64,000 nt of DNA from Flavobacteriales bacterium (GTDB lineage Bacteria > Bacteroidota > Bacteroidia > Palsa-965). The translations under genes and the position numbers were made by a program. The stretch lies in assembly GCA_040377305.1 (NCBI GenBank), contig JBEIPA010000002.1:32001-96000 (forward strand), in the 5' to 3' direction. Shown one piece after another: positions 36,124 to 45,530 of the stretch; position 1 is the first letter of the stretch; each line of letters opens with the position of its first letter. A model generated the notes under the pieces. It ran no database searches, had not been told where the DNA came from, and saw nothing but the letters and a program-made list of their open reading frames with translations.

Positions 36124-37533
36124 ATGGGCTTTAACTCGCTGGAGTTCCTCTTCTTCCTTCCCATCGTCTTCGGCGTCTACTGGATTCTTCCGCACCGCTG
36201 GCGAAATACATTCCTGCTCATAGCCAGCTACTATTTCTACATGAGCTGGAATCCGTGGTTTGGGATTTTGCTTTTCGGAACTACGCTTATCGATTGGAAA
36301 TGCGCATTGGAAATGGAGAAATCCGCGCTCCAAAGCAAACGTCGTGTGTGGCTCATGTTCAGTCTGATCAGCAATCTCGGTGTGCTCGCGGCTTTCAAGT
36401 ACAGCGCATTTTTCTACAACACATTCGAGTGGACACGTGCCGCAATCGCTGACGATACCGCGCACTATATGCAGGCCATTCTCATTCCGGTCGGACTTTC
36501 CTTCTACGTCTTTCACTCGCTCAGTTACATCATCGACGTGTATCGTGCGAAAATTTCTGCGGAGAAAAACTTCGGGACGTTTGCACTCTTCGTTTCGTTC
36601 TTTCCACAGCTGGTAGCAGGACCCATCGCGCGTTTCGGTGATCTCGGTGTACAATTTCACACACAGAAATTCCTGAAGAGCGAAGCATTCATCTCCGGAA
36701 TTCGCCTCGCAATCTGGGGATTCTTCAAGAAAATTGTCATCGCGGATCGACTTGCGGAGTTTGTGAATCCGGTTTTTGATTCTCCACAAAATTTCAATGG
36801 ACTCACACTCCTCATCACCGGATTCTTTTTCGTCGTTCAAGTGTATTGCGACTTCTCCGGGTATTCCGACATCGCCATGGGTGTTGCACGCATGTTCGGA
36901 TTCGAATTGAAACTAAACTGGCGTCGACCTCTGCTTTCAAAATCACTGCACGAATTCTGGTCGCGCAATCACATCAGCATGACTACCTGGTTCCGCGATT
37001 ACGTCTACTTTTCATTGGGCGGAAGTCGCGTCAAAGTGCGACGAATGTATCTCAATCTGTTCCTCGTATTTCTCATCAGCGGACTCTGGCATGGAGCGGC
37101 GTGGACATTCATTATCTGGGGCGCGATGCATGGCGTGATGTACATCGTTGAACATTTGCTCAAGGACAAATTCAAAATCAAATTTCTGGGTTGGCCATAC
37201 TTGATTTTGTTTCACACCATCACACTCATTGCATTCCGTGCCAATTCATTTCACGATCTCGGAATTTTCTATTCCAAAATTTTCAGTTTCGATTGGCAAC
37301 TAAGGCCAGCTTTCATTGAGTTAGCCGACCTGACTGGAAAATTACCATTGGCGCTCGCATTCTTCGGAATTCTATTTCTCTTCGCGAAAGAAGTCAGCGA
37401 AGAATACAAATGGTTTTACGGAGTTCGAACACTTGAAAATGTCTGGAGACCTGTGTTTTATAGTTTTCTATTCGTCACCATTTTCGTCATCGGACAATTC
37501 AGTGCTAACGAGTTTATTTATTTCCACTTCTGA
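36124..37533 (+). CDS. MBOAT family O-acyltransferase (AlgI/DltB/PatA-like)
   Basis: FNSLEFLFF, PVGLSFYVF, FFPQLVAGPI, YCDFSGYSD, EFWSR.HIS, SGLWHGA catalytic His. Confidence 0.93.
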   Translation: MGFNSLEFLFFLPIVFGVYWILPHRWRNTFLLIASYYFYMSWNPWFGILLFGTTLIDWKCALEMEKSALQSKRRVWLMFSLISNLGVLAAFKYSAFFYNTFEWTRAAIADDTAHYMQAILIPVGLSFYVFHSLSYIIDVYRAKISAEKNFGTFALFVSFFPQLVAGPIARFGDLGVQFHTQKFLKSEAFISGIRLAIWGFFKKIVIADRLAEFVNPVFDSPQNFNGLTLLITGFFFVVQVYCDFSGYSDIAMGVARMFGFELKLNWRRPLLSKSLHEFWSRNHISMTTWFRDYVYFSLGGSRVKVRRMYLNLFLVFLISGLWHGAAWTFIIWGAMHGVMYIVEHLLKDKFKIKFLGWPYLILFHTITLIAFRANSFHDLGIFYSKIFSFDWQLRPAFIELADLTGKLPLALAFFGILFLFAKEVSEEYKWFYGVRTLENVWRPVFYSFLFVTIFVIGQFSANEFIYFHF

Positions 37534-38471
37534 TGCAACGAGCGCTGATATATTTCGCCCTGGCTATCGGATTACTTTACGTGATCCGCGAACTCGAGTA
37601 CGTGGGTGTGCGTAAAGTTGAGAACGGGGAATTTGCGAAGCTGAGAACAACTTTCCTCGAAGAAAACGATTTCGATCTTATCGTCATTGGTTCTTCAAGA
37701 GCAGAATGCCAGTACTACACACCGATTATTGATTCAGCAACCGGATTGAATTGCTATAACATAGGTATGACTGGAGCAACAATGCCATTCATCGCATCAA
37801 CATTAGAAGCTTACCTCGTTCATAGCAAAGTACCGAAGTATGTCATTCTAAATTTAGATCTGCATACTTTGGGCGACAACAACGACACGGTGTATAGATT
37901 TCCACGCTATTTCCCCTTCCTGGAAAATGAAAAATTGTATGACGGATTGCAAAATCGCGATGGGCGTTTCGCGTTGTTTAAGTTGTTCCCGTTTTACAGT
38001 ATGCCATACTTCAACAACCGTTACCTCAGCAATTCGGTCCACGGATGGATGGGCACGCCGACCCAATTCGACGACGATTACGTGAAAGGATTTTCACCAT
38101 CTATTCCTGATCCTACCTGGGGAGATCTGGACACCGCAAAAATGATTGAAACACATGCGGAAATTCCTCAGGAGGTTTGGGATGCGGTGAACGACATCAA
38201 TGAAATCTGTAGTGCGAACGGCTCACAATTAATTTTCGTAATCAGTCCCCTCTATTACCGACAGGAAGCCGTGGTAAAAAACTATGCCACATCTTACAAA
38301 GCATTTAACGATTACGCAGGATCCAACAACATCCTTTGGATTGATCCGGCAGACGGAGTCCTGAACCACCAAAAGCAGTTCTACGCCGATCCCGCTCACC
38401 TGAACAGCGAAGGCGCCCAGCTGTTTACACGTCGTTTTTGTTCTATACTGGTGCAATATCTCGACAAATAA
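37533..38471 (+). CDS. Membrane-anchored SGNH-like acyltransferase partner (AlgJ/DltD-like)
   Basis: N-terminal anchor; IGSSRA block I; D..HLN (YADPAHLNSEGA); TGATG coupling with the MBOAT gene. Confidence 0.75.
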   Translation: MQRALIYFALAIGLLYVIRELEYVGVRKVENGEFAKLRTTFLEENDFDLIVIGSSRAECQYYTPIIDSATGLNCYNIGMTGATMPFIASTLEAYLVHSKVPKYVILNLDLHTLGDNNDTVYRFPRYFPFLENEKLYDGLQNRDGRFALFKLFPFYSMPYFNNRYLSNSVHGWMGTPTQFDDDYVKGFSPSIPDPTWGDLDTAKMIETHAEIPQEVWDAVNDINEICSANGSQLIFVISPLYYRQEAVVKNYATSYKAFNDYAGSNNILWIDPADGVLNHQKQFYADPAHLNSEGAQLFTRRFCSILVQYLDK

Positions 38472-38523
38472 CCCGTTTTTCATTCGCACATCGTGTTTGA
38501 TCCGTATCCATCTGCCTTTTTCA

Positions 38524-38575
38524 ATCGGCATATTGGCATATCGGCACATCGGCACATCATTTTTTAGTAATTTTA
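38524..38575 (+). promoter_or_regulatory. Octamer tandem repeat followed by a -7-like box
   Basis: ATCGGCAT ATTGGCAT ATCGGCAC ATCGGCAC, then TAATTTTA at 38568. Confidence 0.5.
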
Positions 38576-38585
38576 GAGGAATAAT

Positions 38586-39668
38586 ATGAAAAAGCTTACC
38601 CTGCTTTTCCTGTTGCTGGCAAGCACTGGAATTCTCGAGCTAAACGCGCAGATCCGAAAGTACAGTAATGAATTCCTCGCCATTGGTGTTGGCGGCCGCG
38701 CATTCGGTATGGGCGGAGCAACTGTTGCCGGTGTAAATGATGTAACATCAGGCTACTGGAATCCGGCAGGACTGATGGGAATCAAAAACGATTTTCAAAC
38801 CGGCCTCATGCACTCTGAATATTTTGCTTCTATTGCGAAGTACGATTACGGTGCAGTTGCCGGAAAAATAGACAGCACTTCTGCGTTTGCATTCAGTGTA
38901 ATTCGTTTTGCCGTTGATGACATCGCAAACACAACGCAACTCATTGATGCCGGCGGAAATCTCGATTACGATCGCATCACAACTTTTTCTGCACAGGATT
39001 ATGCGTTCATTTTCTCGTATGCAAGATCAATGTCCATTCCCGGGTTATCAGTCGGTGGAAATTTCAAAATCATTCGCCGCAAGGTTGGCGATTTTGCAGG
39101 TGCATGGGGATTTGGAATTGATGCGGGTGCACAATACAGATTGGGCGAATGGCAGTTCGGTGCAGTGATGCGCGATGTGACTTCTACGTTCAATGCCTGG
39201 AGCTACACACTTTCTCAGGAAATGATTGACGCGTTCCAACAAACCGGAAATGAAATTCCTAAAAATGGTTTGGAGCTTACCATGCCGCGATTGATTATCG
39301 GTGTGAGCAGAACATGGACGTTTGGAAAGAAAGAACAGTTTTCTGCTGGTGGAGAATTCGATATGATCAATACATTCGACGGAGAACGCAATGTCATTCT
39401 GAAAACACCATTCTGGAGTATGGAACCGATTCTCGGTCTTGAAGGTGGTTTCAAAAACCTGATTTTCCTTCGCGCAGGTATCAGCAACATTCAGAAAGCA
39501 AAAGACATTCTCGGAAGTCCGGTCACAACATTCCAACCGAATTTCGGATTAGGTATAAAAATTAAATCGGTGTCGATTGACTACTCCCTCACAGATATCG
39601 GCGATCAGTCAGTTGCACTATACTCGAATGTCTTCTCGTTGCGACTCGATCTCGACAGAAGAAAATAA
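38586..39668 (+). CDS. PorV/PorQ family T9SS shuttle beta-barrel protein (PorV2-like)
   Basis: Signal peptide; KYSNEFLAIGVGGRAFGMG, YWNPAGL FadL/PorV motif; adjacent to a C25 peptidase. Confidence 0.85.
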   Translation: MKKLTLLFLLLASTGILELNAQIRKYSNEFLAIGVGGRAFGMGGATVAGVNDVTSGYWNPAGLMGIKNDFQTGLMHSEYFASIAKYDYGAVAGKIDSTSAFAFSVIRFAVDDIANTTQLIDAGGNLDYDRITTFSAQDYAFIFSYARSMSIPGLSVGGNFKIIRRKVGDFAGAWGFGIDAGAQYRLGEWQFGAVMRDVTSTFNAWSYTLSQEMIDAFQQTGNEIPKNGLELTMPRLIIGVSRTWTFGKKEQFSAGGEFDMINTFDGERNVILKTPFWSMEPILGLEGGFKNLIFLRAGISNIQKAKDILGSPVTTFQPNFGLGIKIKSVSIDYSLTDIGDQSVALYSNVFSLRLDLDRRK

Positions 39669-39692
39669 CCCCACGGATCGGGCGGTCCGTAA

Positions 39693-42600
39693 ATGAATTG
39701 CATGAAGCAGCTATACGCGCTGATCGTTTCATTACTGGCTGTTCTTCCTGCTGTTTCACAAACACGCGGGAACGAGTGGATCGATTATTCCCAGAAGTAT
39801 CTGAAGATTAAAGTTGCTGCGAATGGAATTTATCGCATCGACTCTACTGCACTTTCAAATGCCATTGCTCCTACCGGATTTTCACTTGCGTTAATTGATC
39901 CACGCAATTTTCAGCTATTCGCGAATGGTGTCGAAGAATACATTTTCGTGAACGGAGAAGGCGATGGTGTGTTCAACACTGGCGACTATATCGAATTCAT
40001 CGGCAGAAGAAACACCGGTGCGAAAGACGCAGAGTTGTACAACAACACGACGCAACTGAATCCCTACTTCAGTTTATTCACGGATACCACGACGTATTTC
40101 CTGACGTGGAATTCGAGCACCAGCAATCGTCGTTTAACTGTGACGAATGATACAACGTTCAGCACGTATACACTATCGACGTACTTCATGAACGAAGAAC
40201 TCTTCGCAGGCGGACAAGTTTACCTTCCCGGAAAAAGTGATCCGCAAGGCATGACAGATCCTGAATACCTGGATGATGAAGGCTTTTACTATTACGATGC
40301 AGGATACGGCGGACCACAAACGTTTAACCTGAATTCTCAATTCGCCGATCCATCCGGACCTGCAGCTGTTGCACGTTTGCGTGTGGGAACTCACTCGAAT
40401 GATTGGAACATCGGGAACGACAATGATATTCAGATTACTTATCCCACTTCTGTCTTCGATACCATTTACGATGGCTTTGCAGCAGCAACTTATTCCAATA
40501 CGTTTCCGGTCACTGCATTGGGCGCAACGACCACACCATTCACAGTAAATAATGTGAACATTTTCAATTCAGTGTCATCAGGACGCTATGCACTTGCATG
40601 GATCACGCTGAAGTATCCGCACACGTTCAACATGGAGTCGCGCACTTTCTTCCGTGGATTTCTTCCGGATCACGCATCACAAAGTAAATCGCGCATTGCA
40701 GCTGTTAATATGGGTGGAAGCGGTATCCCACGCTACTACGATTTGCACAATCACGAACGTATTGATGGCGTACTCACTGGAAATGGATACGAGTTCCTCA
40801 TCAACAACGGCAATGGCAGCGAAAAAGAATTCGTGATGTCCACCGACGGCAACGCGATTGCGGTCACAAACATTTCTCCGGTCAACACGAATGGCACCTT
40901 CACTGATTTCTCATTACTGCAAAGTGATTCCGCATTCGTAATCGTAAGCGCACCCCGTTTGTGGAATGTGGCCAACGACTACGAAACGTATCGTTCTTCA
41001 ATTGCCGGTGGAAGTCGCGATGTAGTTCTTGCAAACATCTGGGAACTTTACGATCAGTTCGCGTGGGGACAAGCATACAATCCACTTGCAATTCGTCACT
41101 TCTGCGGTTACCTCAACGACACCTTCCCTACTCCACCCGCACATCTGCTACTTCTTGGAAAATCAATTGAAGGTTCAACCTCCCGTGCAGGATGGATGGG
41201 ATTGAATCTTGTTCCAACCATGGGCTATCCTCCTACAGACAATACCATCACCGCGGGATTATTTACACCGGGACAATGGTCATGCGGAGTACCAACCGGA
41301 CGTATTGCAGCACAAGACAGCGCAAGTGCTCAGTGGTATCTCGACAAAGTAATTGAATACGAAAACAATCAGCCTGCAGAATGGATGAAGAATGTCTTGC
41401 ATTTCGGTGGAGGAACAACGGCGGGTGAACAGCAACAATTCTCCACGTATCTGAACAGCTACAAATACACCATTGAAGACACTTCATTCGGAGGAAATGT
41501 GAATTCGTACTTCAAAACCTCTTCTGCGCCGATACAGATCAATCTAAGCGACACACTTCGCGATCAGATTGAGACCGGGGTTTCCATCATGACGTTTTTC
41601 GGTCACGCATCTGGTACTGGTTTCGATCAGAGTATTGATGATCCGGCGAATTACAACAACTTCGATCGCTATCCATTGCTCATTGCGAACTCGTGTTACG
41701 CGGGTGATATTCACACCACAGGAATCAGTTCCAGTGAAGCATTCACTTTGCTCGATGGAAAAGGAACAATTGGCTACATCGCATCAGTGAGTTTGGGAAG
41801 TCCGCCATTCCTGGATGTGTACTCCAGTGGCTTGTACCGCGGAATTGGTGATACACTTTACGGAAGAAGCATTGGCGAGTGTATGCAGTATGCTACAAAT
41901 CGCGCACAACAGGTTTCCAGCTTTCCTACAATGAAATTTACTGCGCAGGAAATGACATTGCAAGGTGATCCATCGGTTGTGATTAATTCGTTCACACAAC
42001 CTGACTACGCTATCTCCACTGCAGATGTGTATTTTGATGTTGCAACACATCCGGATTCTATCATCGTTCATGCCGTGATGACAAACATTGGCAAAGCAAT
42101 TTCCGACACGATGATTGTTCGCATTCAACGCGATTTCCCAAATGGTGATACTGCAGTTTACTATACGCAGGTACCAACTCCGAAATTCAAAGACACACTG
42201 GCAGTGACCATGCCGCTGGACATTCAGAATGCAGTTGGGTTGAACAACTTCACCGTATGGCTCGATTACTACGGACAAATTCCTGAGTTGAATGAAATGA
42301 ACAACCGGAATTCACCTCCCGCACAACTACTCATTCGCGGAAGTGCAATTGTTCCGATCTATCCGTACAACTTCGCCGTGATACAGACTGATACAGTGAC
42401 GTTGAAAGCATCAACCATCAATCCGATGGAACCTTTTCGTTCGTGGAGATTCCAGATTGACACGACAGATTTATTCAACTCACCTTTCCTCCAAAGTCAA
42501 CAGGTGTTTGATTCGGGTGGAGTTGTGCAGTGGCATCCGAATTTCAATTTCACCGACAGCACGGTTTACTTCTGGCGTGTGAGCCCCGATTCACTTGTCC

Positions 42601-44693
42601 CTGGAGACGGATTCTTGTGGCAACCGCATTCCTTCCAGTACATCGCTGGGCAAACGGGTTGGGGACAAGACCACATTTACCAATACACAAACGATGGTTA
42701 TCAGTTTGTGAAACTGAATAGGCAACAAAGAGAATTCGAGTTCGTGGATGACGTGAAAGTGTTGTCGGTAAAAGATGGTGTGTATGGATTTCCCAACATC
42801 GTTTGGAATGAAGTGTATTACAAACTCAACGGGGCTACACAACATATTTTCTCGTGTACACCTGCGTTCGGTCAGTCGGGAGCTGCAATTGCAGTGATTG
42901 ATCCAGTAACCGGAATGCCATGGTCGCACAACGACACAATCGTCGGACAATATCCGAACGGTGTATTGAACTGTGTTGGTGCAAATCAAGTGTTGTATGC
43001 ATTCGATTTCATGGATCCGGATCAAACGAACCGTGATCTGATGCGCGATTTCATCAACGGAATTCCTAACGGTCATTACGTGCTTGTGTACAGCCAGTAT
43101 CTGCATCACAACACATCGTATGACTTGTCATTGCAAAATGCGTTACAGGGAATCGGAAGTAATGTCGTTGCCGGCGCTGCAATTCCCGATACACTTCCAT
43201 GGATTGTGTGGGGAGTGAAAGGCGCAGCTCCGGGAACTGCAACTGAAGTTGTGGGCACACTCGCGAATCAATACATCTATCTAACCGATACGTTCCAGAC
43301 GAATTGGAATTCCGGTTTTGTTGCGTCGCCGTTGATCGGACCGGCACAAAGTTGGGGCTCACTCCATTGGAAGCAACACGCATCTGAAGTTCCGGATTAC
43401 GACAGCGTTTATCTTGAAGTAATCGGTGTGCGAATGGACGGAACAACACAACAGCTCCTCGTGCTTGAAGAAGATTCTACGGATTATTACAATCTCGGTT
43501 CGCTCATACCAGCAGGAATGTATCCGTATTTGCGATTAGTTGCGCACATGAAAGACGACACATCGCGTACACCACCACAACTCGATCGTTGGCACGTATT
43601 GTTCACACCTTGGCCTGATGCTGCAGTGAATCCGCAGTTGACGCACACATTCTACAACGATTCATTGCAGGAAGGCGACACTGCACGCTTCACTGTTGGT
43701 ATTGAAAATGTAACGCCGTGGGCTTTCACCGATAGTATGCTCATCGAATCGTGGATCATTGATGAAAATCGTGTGCGTCACGATTTGCCTCCGTTGCTAC
43801 GTGCTCCATCTTTCTTCGGAAACACGTGGTATCCGCAAACGATTAATGTGAGCACAGAAGGTTATCCGGGCTACAACGAATTGTGGATGGAAATCAATCC
43901 GCTCGGCGATCTGAACACGCAACCGGAATACGTTCACTTCAACAACGTAATCATGACACCGTTCTTCGTCGGAACTGATCATGTTAATCCCTTGATGGAT
44001 GTTACGTTCGATGGTGTACACATTCTTGATGGTGACATCATTTCCGGAAAGCCAACAATTCTGATTTCACTGAAAGATGAAAACCAATTCCTGGCGCTGA
44101 ATGACACGAACGACTTTCAGGTATTTCTCAGAAGTCCTTCGCAAGGCGTTGCACAATTAATTCCGTGGAGTAGTGAAATGATGTTCACTCCTGCGCAGTT
44201 GCCGAACAACAGTGCGAAGATTGTGTACACTCCTACGCTACTTGAAGATGGAGTTTACGAATTGATTGTGCAGGCAAAAGACCGTTCTGACAACGCAAGC
44301 GGCATGATTGACTACAACATCACGTTTGAAGTCATCAACAAAGCAACGATCACCAATGTATTGAACTACCCGAATCCGTTCTCGACTTCCACACGCTTTG
44401 TCTTCACGCTCACCGGTAGTCAGGTTCCTGATGTGTTTACCATCCAGATCATGACCATCACCGGAAAAGTCGTTCGTGAAATTGACAAAGATGAACTCGG
44501 CAATCTTCACATCGGACGCAACGTCACTGATTATGCATGGGATGGACTCGATGAATTCGGCGACCCGCTCGCGAACGGCGTTTATCTCTATCGCGTGATC
44601 ACCCGCATGAATGGTGAAGCCATCGAACAACGCGAAAGCGGAGCCGATCCGTATATCATGAATGGTTGGGGGAAGATGTACTTAATGCGTTAA
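39693..44693 (+). CDS. C25 (gingipain) family cysteine peptidase, PorU-like sortase paralog (PorU2-like)
   Basis: GIYRID propeptide-like region, LYDQFAWG, LLLLGK, PTGRIAA, FFGHASG (His) and ANSCYAG (Cys), TLQGDP; C-terminal NYPNPF...WDG.DEFG..LANGVYLY; alternative start 39702. Confidence 0.88.
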   Translation: MNCMKQLYALIVSLLAVLPAVSQTRGNEWIDYSQKYLKIKVAANGIYRIDSTALSNAIAPTGFSLALIDPRNFQLFANGVEEYIFVNGEGDGVFNTGDYIEFIGRRNTGAKDAELYNNTTQLNPYFSLFTDTTTYFLTWNSSTSNRRLTVTNDTTFSTYTLSTYFMNEELFAGGQVYLPGKSDPQGMTDPEYLDDEGFYYYDAGYGGPQTFNLNSQFADPSGPAAVARLRVGTHSNDWNIGNDNDIQITYPTSVFDTIYDGFAAATYSNTFPVTALGATTTPFTVNNVNIFNSVSSGRYALAWITLKYPHTFNMESRTFFRGFLPDHASQSKSRIAAVNMGGSGIPRYYDLHNHERIDGVLTGNGYEFLINNGNGSEKEFVMSTDGNAIAVTNISPVNTNGTFTDFSLLQSDSAFVIVSAPRLWNVANDYETYRSSIAGGSRDVVLANIWELYDQFAWGQAYNPLAIRHFCGYLNDTFPTPPAHLLLLGKSIEGSTSRAGWMGLNLVPTMGYPPTDNTITAGLFTPGQWSCGVPTGRIAAQDSASAQWYLDKVIEYENNQPAEWMKNVLHFGGGTTAGEQQQFSTYLNSYKYTIEDTSFGGNVNSYFKTSSAPIQINLSDTLRDQIETGVSIMTFFGHASGTGFDQSIDDPANYNNFDRYPLLIANSCYAGDIHTTGISSSEAFTLLDGKGTIGYIASVSLGSPPFLDVYSSGLYRGIGDTLYGRSIGECMQYATNRAQQVSSFPTMKFTAQEMTLQGDPSVVINSFTQPDYAISTADVYFDVATHPDSIIVHAVMTNIGKAISDTMIVRIQRDFPNGDTAVYYTQVPTPKFKDTLAVTMPLDIQNAVGLNNFTVWLDYYGQIPELNEMNNRNSPPAQLLIRGSAIVPIYPYNFAVIQTDTVTLKASTINPMEPFRSWRFQIDTTDLFNSPFLQSQQVFDSGGVVQWHPNFNFTDSTVYFWRVSPDSLVPGDGFLWQPHSFQYIAGQTGWGQDHIYQYTNDGYQFVKLNRQQREFEFVDDVKVLSVKDGVYGFPNIVWNEVYYKLNGATQHIFSCTPAFGQSGAAIAVIDPVTGMPWSHNDTIVGQYPNGVLNCVGANQVLYAFDFMDPDQTNRDLMRDFINGIPNGHYVLVYSQYLHHNTSYDLSLQNALQGIGSNVVAGAAIPDTLPWIVWGVKGAAPGTATEVVGTLANQYIYLTDTFQTNWNSGFVASPLIGPAQSWGSLHWKQHASEVPDYDSVYLEVIGVRMDGTTQQLLVLEEDSTDYYNLGSLIPAGMYPYLRLVAHMKDDTSRTPPQLDRWHVLFTPWPDAAVNPQLTHTFYNDSLQEGDTARFTVGIENVTPWAFTDSMLIESWIIDENRVRHDLPPLLRAPSFFGNTWYPQTINVSTEGYPGYNELWMEINPLGDLNTQPEYVHFNNVIMTPFFVGTDHVNPLMDVTFDGVHILDGDIISGKPTILISLKDENQFLALNDTNDFQVFLRSPSQGVAQLIPWSSEMMFTPAQLPNNSAKIVYTPTLLEDGVYELIVQAKDRSDNASGMIDYNITFEVINKATITNVLNYPNPFSTSTRFVFTLTGSQVPDVFTIQIMTITGKVVREIDKDELGNLHIGRNVTDYAWDGLDEFGDPLANGVYLYRVITRMNGEAIEQRESGADPYIMNGWGKMYLMR

Positions 44694-44695
44694 TT

Positions 44696-44889
44696 GGAAC
44701 GCGGATGTTGAAGCCCAACGTTTTCAAGGCCTCGCCCGGATCATTGCGGTATATAGAAAAGACAGGAAAAGGATTTTATGAGATAGATTTGTTAAGCCTA
44801 TCTCATAAAATCCAATACCGAAATCTTCAATTACTCAGACCCATCCGAGAGAGCGACTAACAACCTTCGTACATAAAAATCCGCGTTCC
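44696..44889. repeat. About 195-bp nested inverted-repeat element
   Basis: Terminal GGAACGCGGAT / ATCCGCGTTCC; perfect inner 16-bp arms 44771-44786 / 44798-44813. Confidence 0.65.
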
Positions 44890-44925
44890 TTTTAAACTTC
44901 CGTCACTACCTAACGTCATATAGTC

Positions 44926-45438
44926 ATGAAAAGACTCCTTCTCCTCACCCTCGTGCTCCTCACATTCGGAGCTTACACTGAACTAGACGCTCAACGCGGT
45001 CCCCGCAAAAACCATCCGGTTGCAGCACATCGGGCAGACAAGATGCGTGCGAAACGCGTTTTGCGTCGTACGGCAATTGTAATTCGTCACGCGCAAACGT
45101 GTTTGCAGCAGAACAAGAACTACACCGGCGATCTCGCGCGATCTGTTGCGCATCAGCGTTTTGCACGTAAACTCTACTTCGATGGAAAATATTTACGCGC
45201 TATGCATCAGTCGCGTCGTGCACGACAATTGGCGTTGCTTTCTATTCAAGCTAACAAAGGCTCGGAGCCCGCTGGTTCTGCCAACGAGAAAGAAGATGAC
45301 GATATCATGAATGCTGAGAAAGTTTCTGATACCGAGCTCGATGCAGAACTGGAAAAGAACTCGCCGGGCTATTCTCAGAAGGATGAAGATTTTGTGAATG
45401 CGGCTCTTGAAGAGATTGACCTTGCAGACATGGAGTGA
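44926..45438 (+). CDS. Secreted helical hypothetical protein (basic N-terminal half, acidic tail)
   Basis: Signal peptide MKRLLLLTLVLL..AQ; Arg/His-rich helices followed by an Asp/Glu-rich C-terminus. Confidence 0.75.
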   Translation: MKRLLLLTLVLLTFGAYTELDAQRGPRKNHPVAAHRADKMRAKRVLRRTAIVIRHAQTCLQQNKNYTGDLARSVAHQRFARKLYFDGKYLRAMHQSRRARQLALLSIQANKGSEPAGSANEKEDDDIMNAEKVSDTELDAELEKNSPGYSQKDEDFVNAALEEIDLADME

Positions 45439-45443
45439 AAGCC

Positions 45444-45525
45444 GCAGTAGCAGTCGCAGTAGCAGTCGGTTAACAGTTTACTGCACACTGACTGCAACTG
45501 CCACTGCGACTGATTACTATCTTTG
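45444..45525 (+). promoter_or_regulatory. Inverted hexamer arms followed by -7 box TATCTTTG for lnt
   Basis: GCAGTA GCAGTC GCAGTA GCAGTC ... ACTGCA ACTGCC ACTGCG; TATCTTTG at 45518-45525. Confidence 0.6.
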
Positions 45526-45530
45526 CCCTC

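Noticed and set aside
36088-36840. 250-aa minus-strand ORF
   Set aside because: Antisense to the MBOAT gene; its charged composition mirrors the hydrophobic codons on the sense strand.
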